From Bugula neritina (lineage: Eukaryota > Animalia > Bryozoa), in the NCBI GenBank assembly GCA_964035545.1, contig OZ037770.1, positions 186,001-250,000 on the forward strand: a stretch of DNA of 64,000 nucleotides, written 5' to 3'. How positions within the stretch are numbered: the stretch's first letter is position 1; each line of letters starts with the position of its first letter. Positions 61,901 through 64,000 of this stretch are shown in pieces. The position numbers and the translations under genes were made by a program. The notes below the pieces were generated by a model. The model had not been told where the DNA came from, ran no database searches, and saw nothing but the letters and a program-made list of their open reading frames with translations.

Positions 61901-63845
61901 ATTAAAAAGTTCCCGAATACGAGACTTCCTGCATGGCATGAGTCGTAACGAGATTCTGTCTAGATTTTCCTGATTCTCATCTAAATACTCCAAACTATCG
62001 GAGAGATCACTGTCGGAGTCCTCGGCCGCAGTTCTAGACTCAGTGTGAGTCGGGGGAGGTCTGTCCACCTCCTCTGTAGTGATAGGAACACCAGCTAAAT
62101 ATTCCTAGTCACTATCTAACAGTTACTAGTCACTATCTAACAGTTACTAGTCACTATCTAACAGTTACTAGTCACTATCTAATAGTTACTAGTCACTATC
62201 TAACAGTTACTAGTCACTATCTAACAGTTACTAGTCACTATCTAATAGTTACTAGTCACTATCTAATAGTTACTAGTAACTATCTAATAGTTACTAGTTA
62301 CTATCTAATAGTTACTAGTAACTATCTAATAGTTACTAGTTACTATCTAATAGTTACTAGTTACTATCTAATAGTTACTAGTCACTATCTAATAGTTACT
62401 AGTTACTAATTACCAAGTGATACTAGCACTAGAGAAACTATATGTAAACATAACTACTTGTATAGAGGTCATATCGATACATATATAAGTATAATTATAG
62501 TTATATCTATATATTACAATAATATGCCTGCGTGAGAACATTAATTCAAGTAGTGCGAAGATATGAGGTGTGCTCATGTTAAAGCAAGGGTAGCATCTAG
62601 ATTCTAGCCTGTCTACCAAAGGTTTATGACGGGGGTAGCAACTAGTATACAGTATCAGAAGGTATTAGGAGCTGAGTCCCACCAACTATTAGGAGAGTAA
62701 ATGTCATGCTATGAAGTGATATTACATCATATTACATTCTATTATAGTATATTATACTGTATTATATTACAGCATACTATATTATATTACATCATATTAT
62801 ACTATTACATAATAACCATCACCAAGCTAAGAGCATTTACCATAAATGGGTTCTCTACTGGAACTACCTGCAGTATACAGACACAACAGAGTTGAGAGTA
62901 TCAGTGAAGAGTGAACAGTGAATATAGTATCAGTGAATATAGTATCAGTGAATATAGTATCAGTGAATATAGTATCAGTGAATATAATATCAGTGAATAT
63001 AGTACCAGTGAATAGTGAAACAGTGAGAGGTTGTTGAGAAAGTGAAGGGAGATTATCTCTAAACTCACCGGGTGGTTGGATATTCCCTCCTCCGCCACTA
63101 AAACAAAGAGATGCACGTGTTGACTAAACTACTACTCAGCTCTGTAGAGATTAGTATAACTCTCTCATAAAGTGATACGAGGAGGGAAGACTCTCACATA
63201 CAGTGATACAAGGAGGGAAAACTCTCTCATACAGTGATACAAGGAGGGAAAACTCTCTCATACAGTGATACAAGGAGGGAAAACTCTCTCATACAGTGAT
63301 ACAAGGAGAGAAAACTCTCACATACAGTGATACAAGGAGAGATAACTCTCACATACAGTGATACAAGGAGAGATAACTCTCTCATACAGTGATACAAGGA
63401 GGGAAAACTCTCTCATACAGTGATACAGAGAGAGAAAACTCTCACATACAGTGATACAAGGAGGGATAACTCTCACATACAGTGATACAAGGAGGGATAA
63501 CTCTCACATACAGTGATACAGGGAGAGAAAACTCTCACATACAGCGATACAAGGAGGGAAAACTCTCACATACAGTGATACAAGGAGGGATAACTCTCAC
63601 ATACAGTGATACAAGGAGAGATAACTTTCACACAACAAGGATATTTTATGATACAAACAAACACATCTCCCAGAACTTAGAATTCACCTTCCAGGATCTC
63701 CTGAGCCACCAGCTCCTCCGGAAGCACCCCCTTGACCTCCAGCACCAGCTGGCCTTGTTTCCTGAACAGGTTCTGATGCGTGTTCTCTACTTGGAGCCAG
63801 TTCTGGCTTTAGAAGATCTGCCACTTCGAACTGGAACGTCTGGAC
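58980..63845 (-). CDS. Caspase-2-like initiator caspase, 5'-partial (prodomain continues beyond the window)
   Basis: Exons about 63688-63845, 63069-63097, 62841-62867, 61892-62094, 60973-61164, 60634-60853, 59678-59852, 59304-59413, 58980-59116. Motifs YRMTTPHRGRCLIINN, RDGSEMD, VIMTHG, GKPKLVILQACSG, SSRHSRQGTWFI and C-terminal KKLYLFPGFNP*. Confidence 0.9.
59414..59660. repeat. About 35-bp intronic minisatellite (gtacacacacaatgcttacatcatcagttagtga)
   Basis: Direct; abuts the acceptor. Confidence 0.9.
59872..60628. repeat. 21-bp intronic minisatellite (tataaactagatactacaagg)
   Basis: About 36 copies right after the QACSG exon donor; explains the LYLVVSS and YKLDTTR ORFs. Confidence 0.97.
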
Positions 63846-64000
63846 CTGTACATTACATATAATAGTGTATGTTATATATGGTACAGGGTATGTTATATAT
63901 AGTACAGTATATGTTATATATAATAGTGTACGTTATATATAGTACAGTATATGTTATATATAGTACAGTATATTATATATAGTACAGTATATGTTATATA
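61172..64000. repeat. Further caspase intronic arrays (61172-61706, 62105-62408 21-bp, 62900-63015, 63170-63630 31-bp, 63860-64000)
   Basis: Direct periodicity, a different unit in each intron. Confidence 0.9.

Overview
AT-rich eukaryotic (metazoan invertebrate) genomic DNA with spliceosomal GT-AG introns; no prokaryotic features. Seven protein-coding genes can be rebuilt exon by exon: (1) an achaete-scute-type bHLH gene (-, 5651-7714, one intron inside the bHLH); (2) a divergent centrin-like EF-hand gene (+, 13449-16271); (3) a class I PI3K catalytic subunit, p110beta-like (-, 16787-28318, about 24 exons); (4) a FAM162-like small mitochondrial membrane protein (+, 31188-32319); (5) a kainate/AMPA-type ionotropic glutamate receptor (-, about 33080-46412) with a full-length two-ORF CR1-like LINE in intron 1; (6) a large secreted P/T/V/A/H-rich mucin-like protein ending in two six-cysteine WAP-like domains (+, 50909-58220); (7) a caspase-2-like gene with a QACSG active site (-, 58980 to beyond the window end). 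The most striking pattern is that most introns carry their own private minisatellite. The arrays usually abut a splice junction and often copy the junction itself, giving runs of decoy splice sites, and they range from 2-3 copies to dozens. Other notable points: the iGluR lacks the six codons of the pore tip (Q/R site) in this assembly; HES-class repressor sites flank the achaete-scute gene; and a G.U-compatible hairpin lies between the divergent PI3K and FAM162 genes. Most ORF-track entries are repeat artefacts. Exon boundaries were read by eye and family assignments come from motif recall, not database searches.
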